A stretch of 59,341 nt of DNA, filler included, from Dirinaria sp. TL-2023a (Eukaryota): assembly GCA_051941275.1 (NCBI GenBank). It is 7 parts of 7 records of this genome, joined end to end, with 100 filler letters (N's around TTAATTAATTAA, not from the genome) between each part and the next. Parts side by side here need not be neighbours in the genome. Positions count along the whole stretch, not along the records: positions 34,016 to 42,400 come from JAVEBF010001189.1; positions 42,501 to 50,872 come from JAVEBF010001190.1; 5 more parts are not named here. One strand, 5' to 3'. This document shows positions 34,016 to 47,592 of this stretch, piece after piece. Made by a program: the position numbers and the translations under genes. The notes beneath the pieces are model-generated. The model was not told the origin of the DNA. It did no database searches and saw only the letters and a list, made by a program, of their open reading frames with translations. Numbering within the stretch: the stretch's first letter is position 1; each line of letters begins with the position of its first letter.

Positions 34016-34309
34016 GTGGCTTGTTTTTGAAAAGGAGGGGCGAGAGGGTTGGAGGATTTGGGAGAGTGGTTTAGATAATATTGTAGGGGGGTATGGAATT
34101 AGGTATGATATGACATGCAAAAGCGGAGGATAGCTGAAGCATCGAATATGGTAGTGCTCAACTTGGAGGTATTGATGCTGGAGGTGAGTGGAGAGAACGT
34201 ACAAATTACGGAATATTAACGAAGTTGCGCAAGGCAAGATTTGCTTAATACGCCTATCTTTCTCTAAGTACATCGAATCCTACCACACGGAGTACACAAT
34301 CAAACTCCT

Positions 34310-37300
34310 TCACCCCTTCATCCCGGCCATCCCCTCCAGCCTCTCGCCCAACTCCACAATATCCATCTCATCCCGCGCCATAGCTTCAATCTCCCTCTCA
34401 AAAAAACATCGAAGAGCAACTCCATCCCTACTCCACACCACAGAAATCAAAACCATCGAGACCAGTCCCTCATCACTGAGATGCTCGTTATAGCTATCGA
34501 TATTCCCCTTCAGCTTATCAATCGCATCGAGTGCCGTGTCCAACGCTTCCGAATACTCGATGCCCACACCGATGGAGTGCTGCTGTGCGCGTCGCTTTAG
34601 GTGAGACACCGAGGATGACAGTAGAGTAGCGCGACATATGCATGGAATGCCGTAGTAGAGGAGGATATATCTGAGAAGATAGGGGGCGCCATCGGAGAGC
34701 TGCTGCAGCTTTGAGATGGTGCGGCTTTGCTCTGTGTCGGAAAAGGCTTTACGCGTTTTGAGGCGTGGCCCGTGGTTCTGCCATTGCGCCCAGATGTATG
34801 AGGCTGCTTTCTTTTCTTTTGATTCTTGGGCGGCTTTTTCTGCGCCGGAGATTAGGGTTGGTAATGAGGCTTTGTGTGGAGTATGGAGATCTCTGAGATT
34901 GGATATTGTTGTAGTGGTTAGGTTATGCTCCTTTTGTAGATCTTGGAATGGGTGCCGCGGATTCTCTATGGTATGCACAATCTGAAGTGCGTTTTTGTCG
35001 TGATATCGCTCGTGCGACTTTATGAGCTTGCTGCACAATCCTTTCACATTGCTTTCGTTCTGCTGTAAATGGTGAGCATTGGTTGAAGGTAATCCAAAAA
35101 CGCTCATGACAGCTTGCCAATCGCGTTTGAGGACATTGGGTTTGAGGATTGCTGTTGCTGAAAGATTGACTAGGATAACTGCAAGCATGTCACAGTTCCT
35201 CTGTTGAAGAATCCTAGGAGGATAACTTCGACCGCAGAGAACAAATTTTTCGCCGTTCCAGATAGCGCGATCAATGAGATGGAAGAGGGCGACTAGTGCC
35301 TGAAGGAGTGAGCTTAATGCGTTCCCATAGATCGTACACTCATCGAACCGAGGAGCTGAGCTGAGATGATGTCTGCTGAACAGTGCTGGACAATGCAGAT
35401 CTAGCCACGAACGCGGGACTAAAATTGAGCTCTGAGATGTACGTAGGAGTAGATAAAGGGCGATGGATTCGAAATTAGCAGTATGGCAGTGAAAGGTCTT
35501 CAGGTCTTGCCACTCTGAATCCACCGTGCCTCCGAACCCTCTTAGATATCCTTCCAATGCATGATTATATCCAGCTGCATTGTCGCTTGTCATGTGAGTC
35601 AACATTGCATCAAGCCAGCTCATAGCAGCCCATGGTCGAGGATGCTGAAACGAGAGCTGAGCGCTGGTCCGCTGGAATAAGAAGCTCTTGAACTTCGAGC
35701 CCAGCAGAGCTGCGAAATCGAATTGCTCCAGAATGTAACCTAGGTTGGCATTCTCTCTCCATTCGGTGCGCGCTTTGTAGAATATATGGTCCTCTAAGCA
35801 CGAAGCGACCACTCTTAGGTCACTCTTTACGCGTAAATCTTGCGCAATTCCGTTGATTACCAAAGTGTCCTGCTCAAAACTTGATACGAAGGAAAGGGCC
35901 GCAATCAGGTTTTCTAGCCAGTATCTTCTGGAGGGCAAAAAGTTCTTTGAGATGGCTTCGGTCATCAATCGGGCGTAGTACAGCGTAGTAATCTCACAAA
36001 GTATTTGGACCACGGACATTAGATCATGCAATTGTTCAGCGTGTTGAGCCTTTGTGACGTGTTCATGATGATAGTCGCACCCATGACGTCTGCTCTGAGC
36101 ACGGCAACTGCCTTCTACAAGATAAAAGCTGCAACATGAAGGCCATTTCTCTCGGTACCACGGTTTCGAAAGTTCGTGTACATGCATAATGCTTTCGCTC
36201 GCTTGCTCAAAAACCAAACGTCTTGCGGCATTTTTCAGCGAGCTATCAGTGCTCAGCGCTTCTCTATTTTTGCGCAGTGTGGACCAATGTCGTAATCTGA
36301 ACTGTTGCGAATTGCTGAAGTCATGATAGACGCCCGAGAGAAGCAGGATAGATTCCTCAAGTACATCACGGCCTTCAATGTCCTGATCCTTGATCAGTTT
36401 TAAGGCGCGGTGTATTATTGCGAAGGGCATCTCATCGAATTTGGAGGCTTTCGTGACCTTTTTCACGTTGAGGGCAACAAATAATATGAGGAAGACCTTG
36501 ATGACTGATCCTTTCATACTCAAAACTTGCTCTTGCGATTTTGAGCAATCCCAAGTACGTAGAAGAATAAAAGCTTGTTGCCAAGACAAGTTCTCCTCCA
36601 ACCCTTGAGGAGGCTCTCCAGCGTTCGACTTGTCCAAGATAATGCGATCTACCCAAACGATAGCCAGTAAGTTCGATAAGCCATTTGGTCCTAAAACGGA
36701 TTTGCCATTGTCTGGCAGCAAAGAAGATATGTCGAGTGCCTCCTCTAATTTATCAAGCTGGAGAAGTAACTGCAGAAGTTTTCCGTTATCTTTCTTCTTC
36801 CGGTAGAGGATTTCAAGATCATCCAGCATACCATACTTCAAAGAGAAGCGTTCTTGATCATCTGTAGATCCAAGCAGTCCGATAGCCAGGGAACGATGGT
36901 CGAGGGATAGCATTTGCTGCTTTACCAAAAGCTTGACTTCTTGTTGGCTTCGGAGAAATTCTCGGCTGCATAGGTTGTCTTTATAGTTCGCGAGGAATCC
37001 TATCATCTCATCGAAAAGCTTGCCCTCACGTAGACAGGTAACTGCTTTATCGAAATTGCCGTTCGAGAGCCATGCTGTTGAGGCTTGCTCCCAGTGGTTA
37101 ATTCTCTGAAAAAGCCCGGCTGCCTCTGCGAACTGGTCATGTTTCAGGTGAAGCTTGGCGGCTTCCTCGAAGCGGTTGAGCTCCTGCAGCACTCTGACTG
37201 CATCTGGGACTAATTGAAGTTCTTCAAAGTGCTTTGCAGCCTGTTCCAAAGACGAACGCCATCCATCATCGTTTCCTTTTGTTTTAGACATTGCTGCTTC

Positions 37301-40300
37301 TTCTTCTTTCAGGTATGCCGTGGCTTTCTTCACTAATTCAAGTTCGTTGGCCCTGCTAAAACAAAGAGCTGCATCTCGGAAATAGCCTCGAGTCATAAGG
37401 TCTTTTCCATTGACGACCCAGCGATGAGCGTCATCTGTTCTCCGCGGTTGTAGCGCCACTAGTTTTTCGGCGTAATCTTCAGATGCAACTGACGTTACTT
37501 CGAGAACGGGCGGCCCTGAGCCAGAGTTCACCAGCTCCACAAAGGGTAGAGCCGTATTTTCCATAGGTTCCACTATCGAAAAGCTGATTCGTGCTCGCGT
37601 AGTGGCAACGTAAAGATGTTTCAGTTCCGAACAGAGACTGGCATGTTCAACGGCATCAAATGTCGAAGCTTCTTTGCTCACAGAACGTGCAAGACTCCTC
37701 CAGCCAGCCGGATCATATACGCCGGCGAAGAAGTTCCAGAGTATGACATCGTCGAATTCCATTCCTTTGCATTGTAGGACTGTCAAGATCAGCACCGTGT
37801 CACCCATCAATCTTTGCAGTTGCGATTTAGCAACTTCATCTCGTGTGATGATAACCTGTTCGGCGCCAAAGAGAATCTTGTGATCTGACGGGCCGCTGCG
37901 TTCAGCTTCAGGTTGATTTATCGCAGTTATATCACAACCCAAAAACAGGATAGGCGCTGGTCCGTTAAACATCCCTGTTTCAGGTTCCATTTTGTCTACC
38001 ATATCGGGAAAATGTTCCCAAAGCAATGCCATTACCGAAGCAGCAAGAGATACGATTCCTCTATGTGACCGGTAATTACGGCTGAGCGTGAAGATTCTCG
38101 GCCGAACCAGGTCCTTCTGACGTACGAGGGCACCGCGTGAATTGAAATGCTCGTACAACAACGTCTTCACATCCTGAAAGCGAAAGGTAGAATCCTGAGA
38201 AATAGCTTGCGCTGTGTCCCCACCGAAGTGATAACCTCGGGGATCGAGACCCAGTGTCAGTAATAAAGCAAGGTCAAGGCAACGCAGATCTTGAACTTCA
38301 TCCACATAGAATTCCTGTACACTGGAGGAAAGAAGCGACTTCAGATTCTCATCCTCGCGGAGTTGTCGGAGCAGATGAGTAATGAGATCGATATCATCTC
38401 GATCGCCAATTTTGTTTTTGCGCTTCTCATAAAGTTCGTACAGCCGATGAACTCTGACGCGGTCGTCAACTGTTGTTACATTTGGTGCTAAGCGAACACT
38501 TAGATCCTGATACTCGAGTGCTTGTAAATGCTTCAAAGTCCTGTACGTGTGAATGGAGCCTTTAATTACCCCCATTATCTCACTGAAGACCAGATGAGCC
38601 GAAAGTCCTTTGGTGAGCTCCTTGGGGAAATGAGGCCAATAGATGCTAGCAAAATTTCTAATATCTACCATGCGAGATAGGAAAGTAGAGTCGAGTGAGG
38701 TCTCTCTTGCAAGTAAGCCAACAGTATCTCCTAACATCCTAACAAATTGGTCGTAAGTGCAGACGAAAGGAAATTCCATTGGACTGAGATCCAGCAAATT
38801 GCGCTGACTCATATGTTCGCTTATCTCGGTGGGATTTAATGCTGTCTTTTGATTCGAAAGCGTCGCAACTAGCCTTCGTGAGTAGGTCCGAAGCTTTTCG
38901 GCGAGGGCATCCGAGCGAGTCATTAGAATCTTGCAAAGCTTAGTGATAGTACTTCAGACAAGAGAGCCCCCGGATTACAAAGAAGAGGGTAGAACATACC
39001 TGTTTGAACTGTCGCTCAGGTGATACATCGTTGAACGCGATGTACTTGGCCACCATCTTAAAAATGAGACAGGTGCTTTTCCCTGTACCACTTCTTCCCA
39101 TAATGAGAGTTGAAGCGTCGGAGTATCGGATAATCTGTGCTTCAGCGGGAGATAAATCAAAGGCGAATTCCGCTTCTAGGTCCCGAGCAACGATGGACTG
39201 TAGCATCGCTTGCGACAAGGTAAATGATCTGTTGAAAGTGTCGATAAAGTCTTGATTCACAACACGAATATCGAGATCTGCTTGAAGATGGATTTCTTCA
39301 ATAGCTGCGCTGGAATCAAAAACTTTCGGAATCCGGCTTCCTTGTAACGTATACCCTTCCTCAAGACACCGCATGACTTGCGATTCTGGGAGGCTTTCTT
39401 GATAGCGGCGTATCTCTAGCAACATAGATTCTAGATTTTCCAAAGAGCCTACAGTCCAAATTTTGACGACTTGCTGCTCCAAATCCGGCTTCGGTCCAGG
39501 TGCAATATCCACCTGCCAAAGGAAATAGTCTCCGACCCCGCATTTAGTTGCCTGTAAAGGTACCCTCGTTGACGCTCGAGTATTCTTCACACTTCGAAAC
39601 TTAGCCGCGCCCGAGGCTAGGCCAATAAGGGTTGACTTAAACTTTTCTCTCAGTTGAGCATGTCCCTTGTGGTACCTTAGGTTGTTGTATGCTCGAGACG
39701 AGAGAAGAACCTGCCAGACCCCGATGCTTTCATCCGCGGAGGCCAAATACCAGTCAAGATTATGGCTATAGATATCTTCTTCAACTGGTGTACCCTCGAT
39801 TCCTGTAACCGGGACTCCGTGATGGCAAAAATATTCGCAAGGCCTGCAGGGGAACGAAGTAAGAAGCTTCTTGAGTATCGTCAATGCCTCGCGTCGCGAT
39901 AGGATATCTGCATCAACTTGACACATTCTTTGCGACTGAGGCACGGGGAGACGGAAATCTGCAAAGAGCTGTAGAGTCTCACGGTCGAAGGAAGGCGCAT
40001 CGTCTGGAGATTTGATTTTCTGAAGTGCTGCTTTGAGGGACTTGAGCTTGCGCCAACGCTCCAAAGTCGTAGCTACTCCATGATTAATAGGACAGACCTC
40101 AATGAGATCTGTAAGCCCTTGCGTCCACGCGGCAAGGAGTTTTGTATCTACGTCATCGTTTTTGAATCCCGAAGCCATATTCAAGAGCAGAGCATGGCTT
40201 GATGCCGACACCGCTAGTAGCTGAAGAGTGTGATGGTCGGATGAAACCGTCTGGAGCAACCTCCATCGCTCGTGGTTTGTCGAGCACAATCGAAAGCCCG

Positions 40301-40595
40301 CGCAGACTAAATCGAGATATTCGGTCTGGCGGCATAGTTGCTGCGCATGCCCAACGAGCTGTGTGATGAAGCTTGTTGCATGGTTCCCAAGACGATTTTT
40401 ACCAGTCTCTTCTGTTCCAAGTATTAGTAATAACTTTGCAAGGCAAGACGCCTTGGTGACAATGAGGCCTAGTAGATCCTCAAATAATTCCTTCTCGAGT
40501 AACTCGGAAAGGAGAGCTGGCTGCTTCGCCAGTATAGACGCGGTACTCTGAAAAGCAGTGACTGAAGTATCATCGCCTGCTAGCAACTTTAGCAA
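34310..40595 (-). CDS. Large (~2,050 aa) TRANK1-like SF1/UvrD helicase with TPR-like repeats; intron 38930-38999; true start uncertain
   Basis: Walker A GRSGTGKST, motif Ia KQ|ILMTRS, Walker B YVDEVQD, motif III GDTAQAI, IV LSRNYRSH, V KGMEFDDV, VI LKHLYVATTRAR. These are followed by helical repeats (AALCFSRA, AAKHFEEL, AAGLFQRI). Confidence 0.88.
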
Positions 40596-42400
40596 AGGGG
40601 TGCGCAGTCATAGCTTGATCAATCCTTTGCTATGGATAGAATAGGATAGTGGAAGAGTGATGATAAACGGAAACCAAGTGAAAGGCAGATGAGGCGCGTC
40701 AGCGCGTTGGTCGCTAGTCTGCCTGCCTTCTGCCGATGTGATATCCCTTTTTTTGTTTGTGTGCGCATGCTCTCTAAGGGGCCACTGATCTGGGAGGCTG
40801 CATATCTTTATGCTCTTGCATGCCGCTATCCGGCCTTTTAATCTTCCTATCCGACATTTTTCCCATGTGGCTTGACTTCTGCTTTCTCGAGACATACACT
40901 TGCATTGCGTGAGAGATTGATCATCGTTGCATCCAATCCTTCGTATGCACACGCACGCCACTTCGCTGAGATGCCTGCTAAAGAATCAAGCTCGGTTCGT
41001 CAACGAGGTATCGTACGAGACCCCTGCTGGCAGCGGCTGCTGACAGTGACTCCTGACATAACAGTGTCTTACACCCAATATTATGACATCCTCAATACGC
41101 CAAGAGTACGCCAATACCAAATCTCCAGGCTAGCCAAGAATGGGGGCTCAAAGAGCACTTCTAGAGAATGGTCAAAGGAATGGCTTTGCCAATGTGGTTC
41201 ACGAAAGGTCCACAAGATGCTGTCCCAAAAGACATCTTTTAACGAGTGCGGTCTTGGCAATGAATTTGACGAGATATGGGCTTTCGTGACAGCATGGGAG
41301 ATCAAGGAAAGGTGTAGTGCAGTTTTCAAGGGCTTGACTTTGGTTTTGGGGGATCTAGACGGTTGGGTTCTTGGTGGCGAGGTATCACCGTGTATCACGT
41401 TTTGGGTAATCAAGATGGTAATTAGATTGAACATATGTTCGATCTAGGATTGCAACGCATCGAAAAATTGTGCTTGGTATTTCCGAAAAAGTCTGCTGGC
41501 ATATCTAACGAACCTTGAATAGGAGCTGAGAGTTGAACACCAAATCTGAACGTCATCAACATTCTACAGGATGAGCTGCGTAACTACTTGAACAAGCAAC
41601 GAATGCAGAAAGGAGAATTTCTCTTCAATTCTGAAGAGATCACAAAGTCTGAGAAGAGCCATCACATTCTGTACCATTACCGTGTTGGCCGGACATGTCA
41701 ACAGTCTTGCCCGCGGCTGAAGATTTCTTTGTGCGTCTCGCGGAAGAGTAATATCAAATATCTGCGAGATGTCAATATGGCTCCACGATTCCGTTCGAGA
41801 CAAGACAGTTCATCTAGGTTCTCCATCAGTATGGTCATAAAGCTCCGGATGAAGATCTAACGAGACTCACGCCTGCCAGAAGCCATCTCCGTCCTGAGAC
41901 GTGTGCACACCTCGTGGCTCTCCGCCCCGCCCAGCCGATCGGTATTGCTCAGGCCACCTACTGAGGTTAGCATGCATATCCTGATCCTCTGCTGCCGCGG
42001 TATGGATCATTCGCATACCTAATTCCCACGAAGCTCATTTTCAGGCAGTCTTAGATCCCAAGGTATGTCGACATTAGTGATCACTCAAGAGCGACTTGTT
42101 ACCGGTGTCGAGATTGTTGTGCAAGTGAGGTCGCTGATTGTTTGGGAATTGGCCTTATCATAGGGCTGAGCCGAGATATTGCCGTGATCCCATGTCTCCC
42201 GCGCAAGATGTATAAGGTACGCAGAGCAGAGAAGAGAAGAGCAGCACTAATCGGTTCGGATAATTCGAAGGGGATATAGGAGATCTTGACTTTCCACATA
42301 CTTAGCAGCAGATGAAAGCGAAGTCTCTGCGGAATCACTTGACGTAGCTATCCATGTAAATATTCAGCAGAGCATACGAAACAGTATCACCCCCTAACTC

Positions 42401-42500
42401 NNNNNNNNNNNNNNNNNNNNNNNNNNNNNNNNNNNNNNNNNNNNTTAATTAATTAANNNNNNNNNNNNNNNNNNNNNNNNNNNNNNNNNNNNNNNNNNNN
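42401..42500. other. Artificial contig spacer
   Basis: N44-TTAATTAATTAA-N44. Confidence 0.99.
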
Positions 42501-45500
42501 CAGAGTGGGGGAGGATGAGGTGGGAGTGAGGACGGGAAAGGGGTTTGAGGGTCTTTGTTGGCGGCGCCACAGAGTGAGGGATTTGGTCAGGAGGGATTGT
42601 TGGTGGGTTGTGTATGGAGTTTGCTGAGCGTCTGGAGGTGCGGATGGAGTGTTGGGAGTAGAGTCTCGGCGGTAGTTATTGAAGCGACTGAGGACGACTT
42701 TCGCGGCTTCGATGTCTAAATTGCGTTGCCGCTTGCGCTTTGAAAGGAGGTGGTCATGGATCAGATCGATGCCTCGAGGTTTCCAATTCCCCAGCAGTTC
42801 TTCGCCTTTGATGTAGTCGTGCGCTGAATCCATGCGCCAGATATCGCCAGCTCGCTTGGCGGATGCGGGCTTCAAAGCCACGGAGAAGATGCCAGACGTG
42901 CTATGGACGACCCTGGTGGTTTTCCATAGCTGCTTGAACAGAGACTGGGGTCGCAGCCAGCTGCGAGGGCGGATTTGTACATTTTGGTCGAGTTTGAATA
43001 GAAGAGGTGAATCAACGCGCGAGGAAAGGACCTCGATCGTGAATGTTATCTGCACCGTGTACCCATCGCTCGTAGGTCTATCCAGGAGAGTCGAGGAGTG
43101 CAGACTCGAATCCCATTGTCCGACGAGCGTCAGCTCTTTCGTGCCATTGCCGTTTTCAACCAACCTCGGCGCTTCTGCAAGCTTCAGTGAGACGTCGGCT
43201 TTTGGGCTGCTTGCGTGGGCAACAGTAGCTCCGGGGTCAAGTAGTCGTACATCTCCCGCTCGGAGTGATTTGATGCCAGTCCATTGCAGAGTCTCGCTAG
43301 AAGAATATGATAGACTGACGCTGATCCGCCGTTGCAAGCCTTGACGCAATTGATAGATGCCCGGATCCAGATTGCTGCTCTGCTCAACCTCTACTGGGAG
43401 GTATTCACCGCCTTCCGAAAGCTCCAAGATCTTCGCTTTAGCGAACACGTCGTGTTGCTCCTGTACATAGTACTCCCGCTCCGGCAGTCTAGCCTGTGGT
43501 CCTTTTCGATTGTGGAGCGCCTCTTCTTCGCTGGCCTGTTTCATCTCATCCCAGCTCAAAAGCTTATCCAGGTGCATCGTTGAAACTTTAGCGAAGATGG
43601 AAACGCGCAAAGATGCCGAATGCGGACTGTGAACGGGCAAGCTCATGCTATGAACGCTCTCGAAGCGGATTGGATTTTCCTCAAAATCGTTAATCATCTG
43701 CGTCGTCGTGGCGCCCCCTTCCTCACTTATGCGAGGGATAAACATCTGGGCATGCACATCGGTACCTTCTCGCTCGGCAAAGCCAACCATATCATGCAGA
43801 ACAACATTAAACTTGAGCATCGAGGATGGCGCTTGAGCGGTAGATGGCTCTATGGATAGCTTGATGATGCCGGCTGCTTCATGCGTGTGCGTGGATAGGA
43901 CCTCCAAGGTGTAGTCTTGGACCCGGGCCTCGAATACTGCAGCCAACGAAAGACTGGCTTCTCCAATCAAGGAGAACTGCGGCATGCAGAGCTCAGTGAA
44001 AGGGTTCTCTAACCGGAAGTGCTGGACAAGTTCTGGGCGGTCCAGGTACTGGTGTATTTGTCTCATGTCGTGGATTCGGGTCTGGAGCTTTTCCAATGAC
44101 CAGCAATGAACGATAGCATTCTGGTAGTCGAGCAAGCGAACAGCGACACAGGGTTTACTGCAATCTTCCAGTGCTTCATCATCGTCGCCGGAAACGCCCT
44201 TGAGTACCATGTCGTAGGATGAGCAAATATGTTGACTTTCTTCAATGATAGAAAATTGAAAGGTAACATTTTTGCCCATCACTTGGCTCATGATCTGTGC
44301 TTCCTTCAACAGAGAAGCATGCTGAAGCAACGCTTCAGCCATGTGTACATATCTTGTTTGACGCCACCTGGAAAGCCAATGTCTTACAATGCCCTTTTCT
44401 TCAGCAAGGAGCTTGGTGAATCCATCTTCAGTAACCCTCGGCGAACTCGAAATCTGCTGTAACTGTTTCTGAAAGGTTTCTTTCTGTTCCTCGATCCGCC
44501 GCTCGAAGTCCTCTTTCGCTATTCTTAGGGCCTCCTCCATCGTATCCTTCTCCTTCTCCTTTTCCAATAGTTGCGCATCCCAAGTTGAAGATGTTTCAGC
44601 AACATGCGGCTGCTCTTCACTGTCAGCGTTTCGCTCGTCAAGCTTCTCCTGCAACTCGTCGTGAAGTGTCCTCGACGCTTCCTCGTCGCTCTGACCTCCA
44701 TCAAAGCCATCTTGTGGCGGTGTGCTCGGCAGAGTAAGCGCAGTATCGAGTGAAAAGTTGTCAATTGTCCCATTTGGCATGTGCGTTTCGCGATAAGGAT
44801 ACGAGCTTAGAGACTCAAAATCTTCTTCCTCATGCCCGAAAAGTCTGGATTCGGGTCGGCCTTTGCGGACCGCTCGCACCCGTTGTACGTCGTCGAAGAG
44901 AGAGTCAAGCTCGTCATCTGTAAGATCATGGATCTTTTGATCAGGCCCCAAAAGAGCGCTTGCAGCTTCCCGCCGCGCATACGACCAGTCAGAGTCCCGT
45001 CCGTTCCTTTGAGGCAATGGTAACTCGGATCGATTTGCCTCACCTTCTGTATCGGAGTCGGCTCGGCTTATAGTTCGACTATGTGCGGGTCTCAGAGAGG
45101 GAGAACCGAGCTGGCTGCTGTTAACAGCATTCCATGTGACCGCGTGCTTTAATAGGCTCTGTTCTTTGCGCTCATCGCGTGCTTCCTGTGGGTGATTGAA
45201 CCTAAATATGTGAAAGTCCCCAAGGATGATTCGATTGCCGCTCCGAAGTCTTTGAGGCTTCTCAAGACGGACACCATTCACCATGACAGCAGCGCCATCC
45301 TTCGGTACAGCGGTAACCAAACCGTCCACGTTCTCAAACGTGCAATGATCAGGAAGTATCTTGGAGCCATTGAGCCTAATCTCAGACGTCGTATTCGGGT
45401 CATCAACATTACCAACAGACGTCGTTCCAGGCTTGATGTTATATACTAAGCATTCGGCCAACAATGGATCATCACTTAGATTGACAAGATGAGGCATTTT

Positions 45501-46949
45501 CTTGGGTGTAGACAAGCCAACGAAGCCTTTCTCGATGCTAATACCCAGCTCTTCAAGGGCGGCCTCGCGCTCCTTGTGAATTTGCTCGGTCTTCTGGAGC
45601 TTCTCCTCCCATGTCTGGTTCAAGTCTTCATAGAGTTTTTCAGACTGGTTTAATTGTTCGGCAATCTCAGCTTTCGAGACTTTCTTGACCGAGCCGTCTG
45701 GCTGAATGATTGATAAAATTTGTTTATCTAGTGGTGTATCAGGGGCGTATTGTTCTTCGGCAACGCCACCATTAGCAGCACCGCTGCTGAGCTTCGATCT
45801 TAATTGCGCTAGTTCTTCCTTCAATTCACGAATCATGCGAGCATTCGGATCTTCATTGACGACAGCGTGATTCTTGATGCGTTTCGCAGAGTCAGCATAC
45901 CTTAGAGTGCTCAAAGTTTCTTCAAAGTTGATGTCTGCTGGGGATATTGCGGCAATCATAGCTGTCATACTGTTGCCTCCTAAAGAGTCTTTCAGAAGCC
46001 ACGTCAGAACAGAATCTCGATAAGGGACCATGGACATATTCTTCTTCTTCCCAGTCGACAAGTCGGCCAGAGCAGCAATGACGCGGCCGAGCGTAGACAG
46101 AGAACGATTAATCTCAGCCCCTTCCTTCAATCGAGCTCCTGTAGCGCCGGTCGAAGTTGCTCGTTCAGAACCTGCCAAATCCACAAGACTAATCTTGGCG
46201 ACTTTCTCAGTATCCATGGCAGTCTCCACGTCATGCCTTTTCTGAGTCACAATAAGGGTGAAAACGGCGTGGGACCGGCTGGAAGTGTCATTCATGCTGG
46301 TTGCTGCTACAGTACGAGCTTTGTTGCCTTCATCCATAAGATGCTGAATCTCTGGAAAAGACCGTACGACGAGCTTGGCCAAATCTTCTACATAAGGGCC
46401 AGTGGACGGATGCTCTCGGACCTTGAGATTGCCTTTGGTGGACGGGTTCAGCAAGTCACGAACCCGCTCGTTGTAGATCTCCAGGTATGACACCTCCACC
46501 GTGTACTTGATGTTCCGGTCCTTTTGCAACTCCGTGATACGCTCGAACATGTCCTGGCAGATCCTTGGTATCACTCCCGACTCTTCACCGTACCCCATCA
46601 TGCTATACGACTTTCCTGACCCCGTCTGCCCGTAAGCGAAAATGCAATTGTTGTAACCTTTGAATGCATTGTCGAGCAAAGGCGCGCCGAGATCTTTGAA
46701 CAGGTGGTCTTGCCCGGAGAAGTGTGAATCTGCGCGATTGAAGGACCAGTAGCTTTTGTCGAAAGCGAACACTTTCTGCCCGTCCACTTTGCTCCCTTTC
46801 GAGTTCCGGAGGCGCTCTTCGGCATCGGGCGGCGGTATGAGGATCGTCTGCTCCTCCTTCATCTGTACCACGCATTTCGCCTTTCGATCGAGCTCGCGCC
46901 CATTGAAGGGTCGCACCCTCACGACGACCTTGATGTTTCCGCCAGCCAT
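42501..46949 (-). CDS. uncA: Kinesin-3 motor (Unc104/KIF1A/UncA), 3' end truncated by gap
   Basis: NIKVVVRVRP, P-loop GQTGSGKS, SSRSH, LVDLAGSER, VPYRDSVLTWLLK. FHA region (PHLVNLSDDP..RIILGDFHIFRFNHP) and KIF1-type tail (QLRQGLQRRI, WDSSLH). ATG at 46949. Confidence 0.95.
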
Positions 46950-47592
46950 CACGGACAAGGATAGGGTTCATCTGGTTGCTAAAAGCTTCTGTGAGTTACC
47001 GTAACAATCAACAAAGGGTCTGCCATAGCGCATGCCCAACCACAGCACAGCAAGGTGTGCTGCGAACGCGACGAGCAGAGTTCTTGGATTTCTGACAGCT
47101 GGCGCAAGAAACAGAGCCGGGTAAGGCAGGCAGATTCGGCAGGCAGTAGTAGTAGTTACCTTAGTCAGGAGTACGCGTACAGGCCATAGGGGTTTAGCTG
47201 GGTGTACTCGTACATAAGGTAGGCTAGGCTATTGGGGGCCTCGGGGCTTTATGATAGGGGTCCGGCCCGGGTATGAAGATCGATGCTTGGCCTGTGGCTT
47301 AGCCTAGAGACATGAGTAAAGAAAGGGCTGCGTTAGGTAAGGTAGGGATAGTAAGGTAGCGAGGGTGGGTAGGAGGTTAATGGTCAATGGTCATACTCAT
47401 ACCAAGACGTCACGCCGCGTATGCATGACTTTTATGTTTTGCTGAAAATTGGCCGCAGCAAAGGCCGCGTTGAAACCCCAGTTCGCCGTTGTTCTGCTTT
47501 CGGCGTCTGCAATTCATTTCTACACTTAGACACCCTTTGCTCAGCTTCTTTGATATTATTGTACTAGCAAAGACACGGGTACTGGCAATAAT

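Noticed and set aside
40872..41860. Possible spliced or decayed gene upstream of the helicase
   Set aside because: Some splice-like signals are present, but I could not build a consistent reading frame or recognise homology.
42501..46949. Intronless 4.4-kb kinesin as a retrocopy
   Set aside because: Long exons are common in ascomycete genes, the ORF is intact, and there is no poly(A) or target-site duplication evidence.
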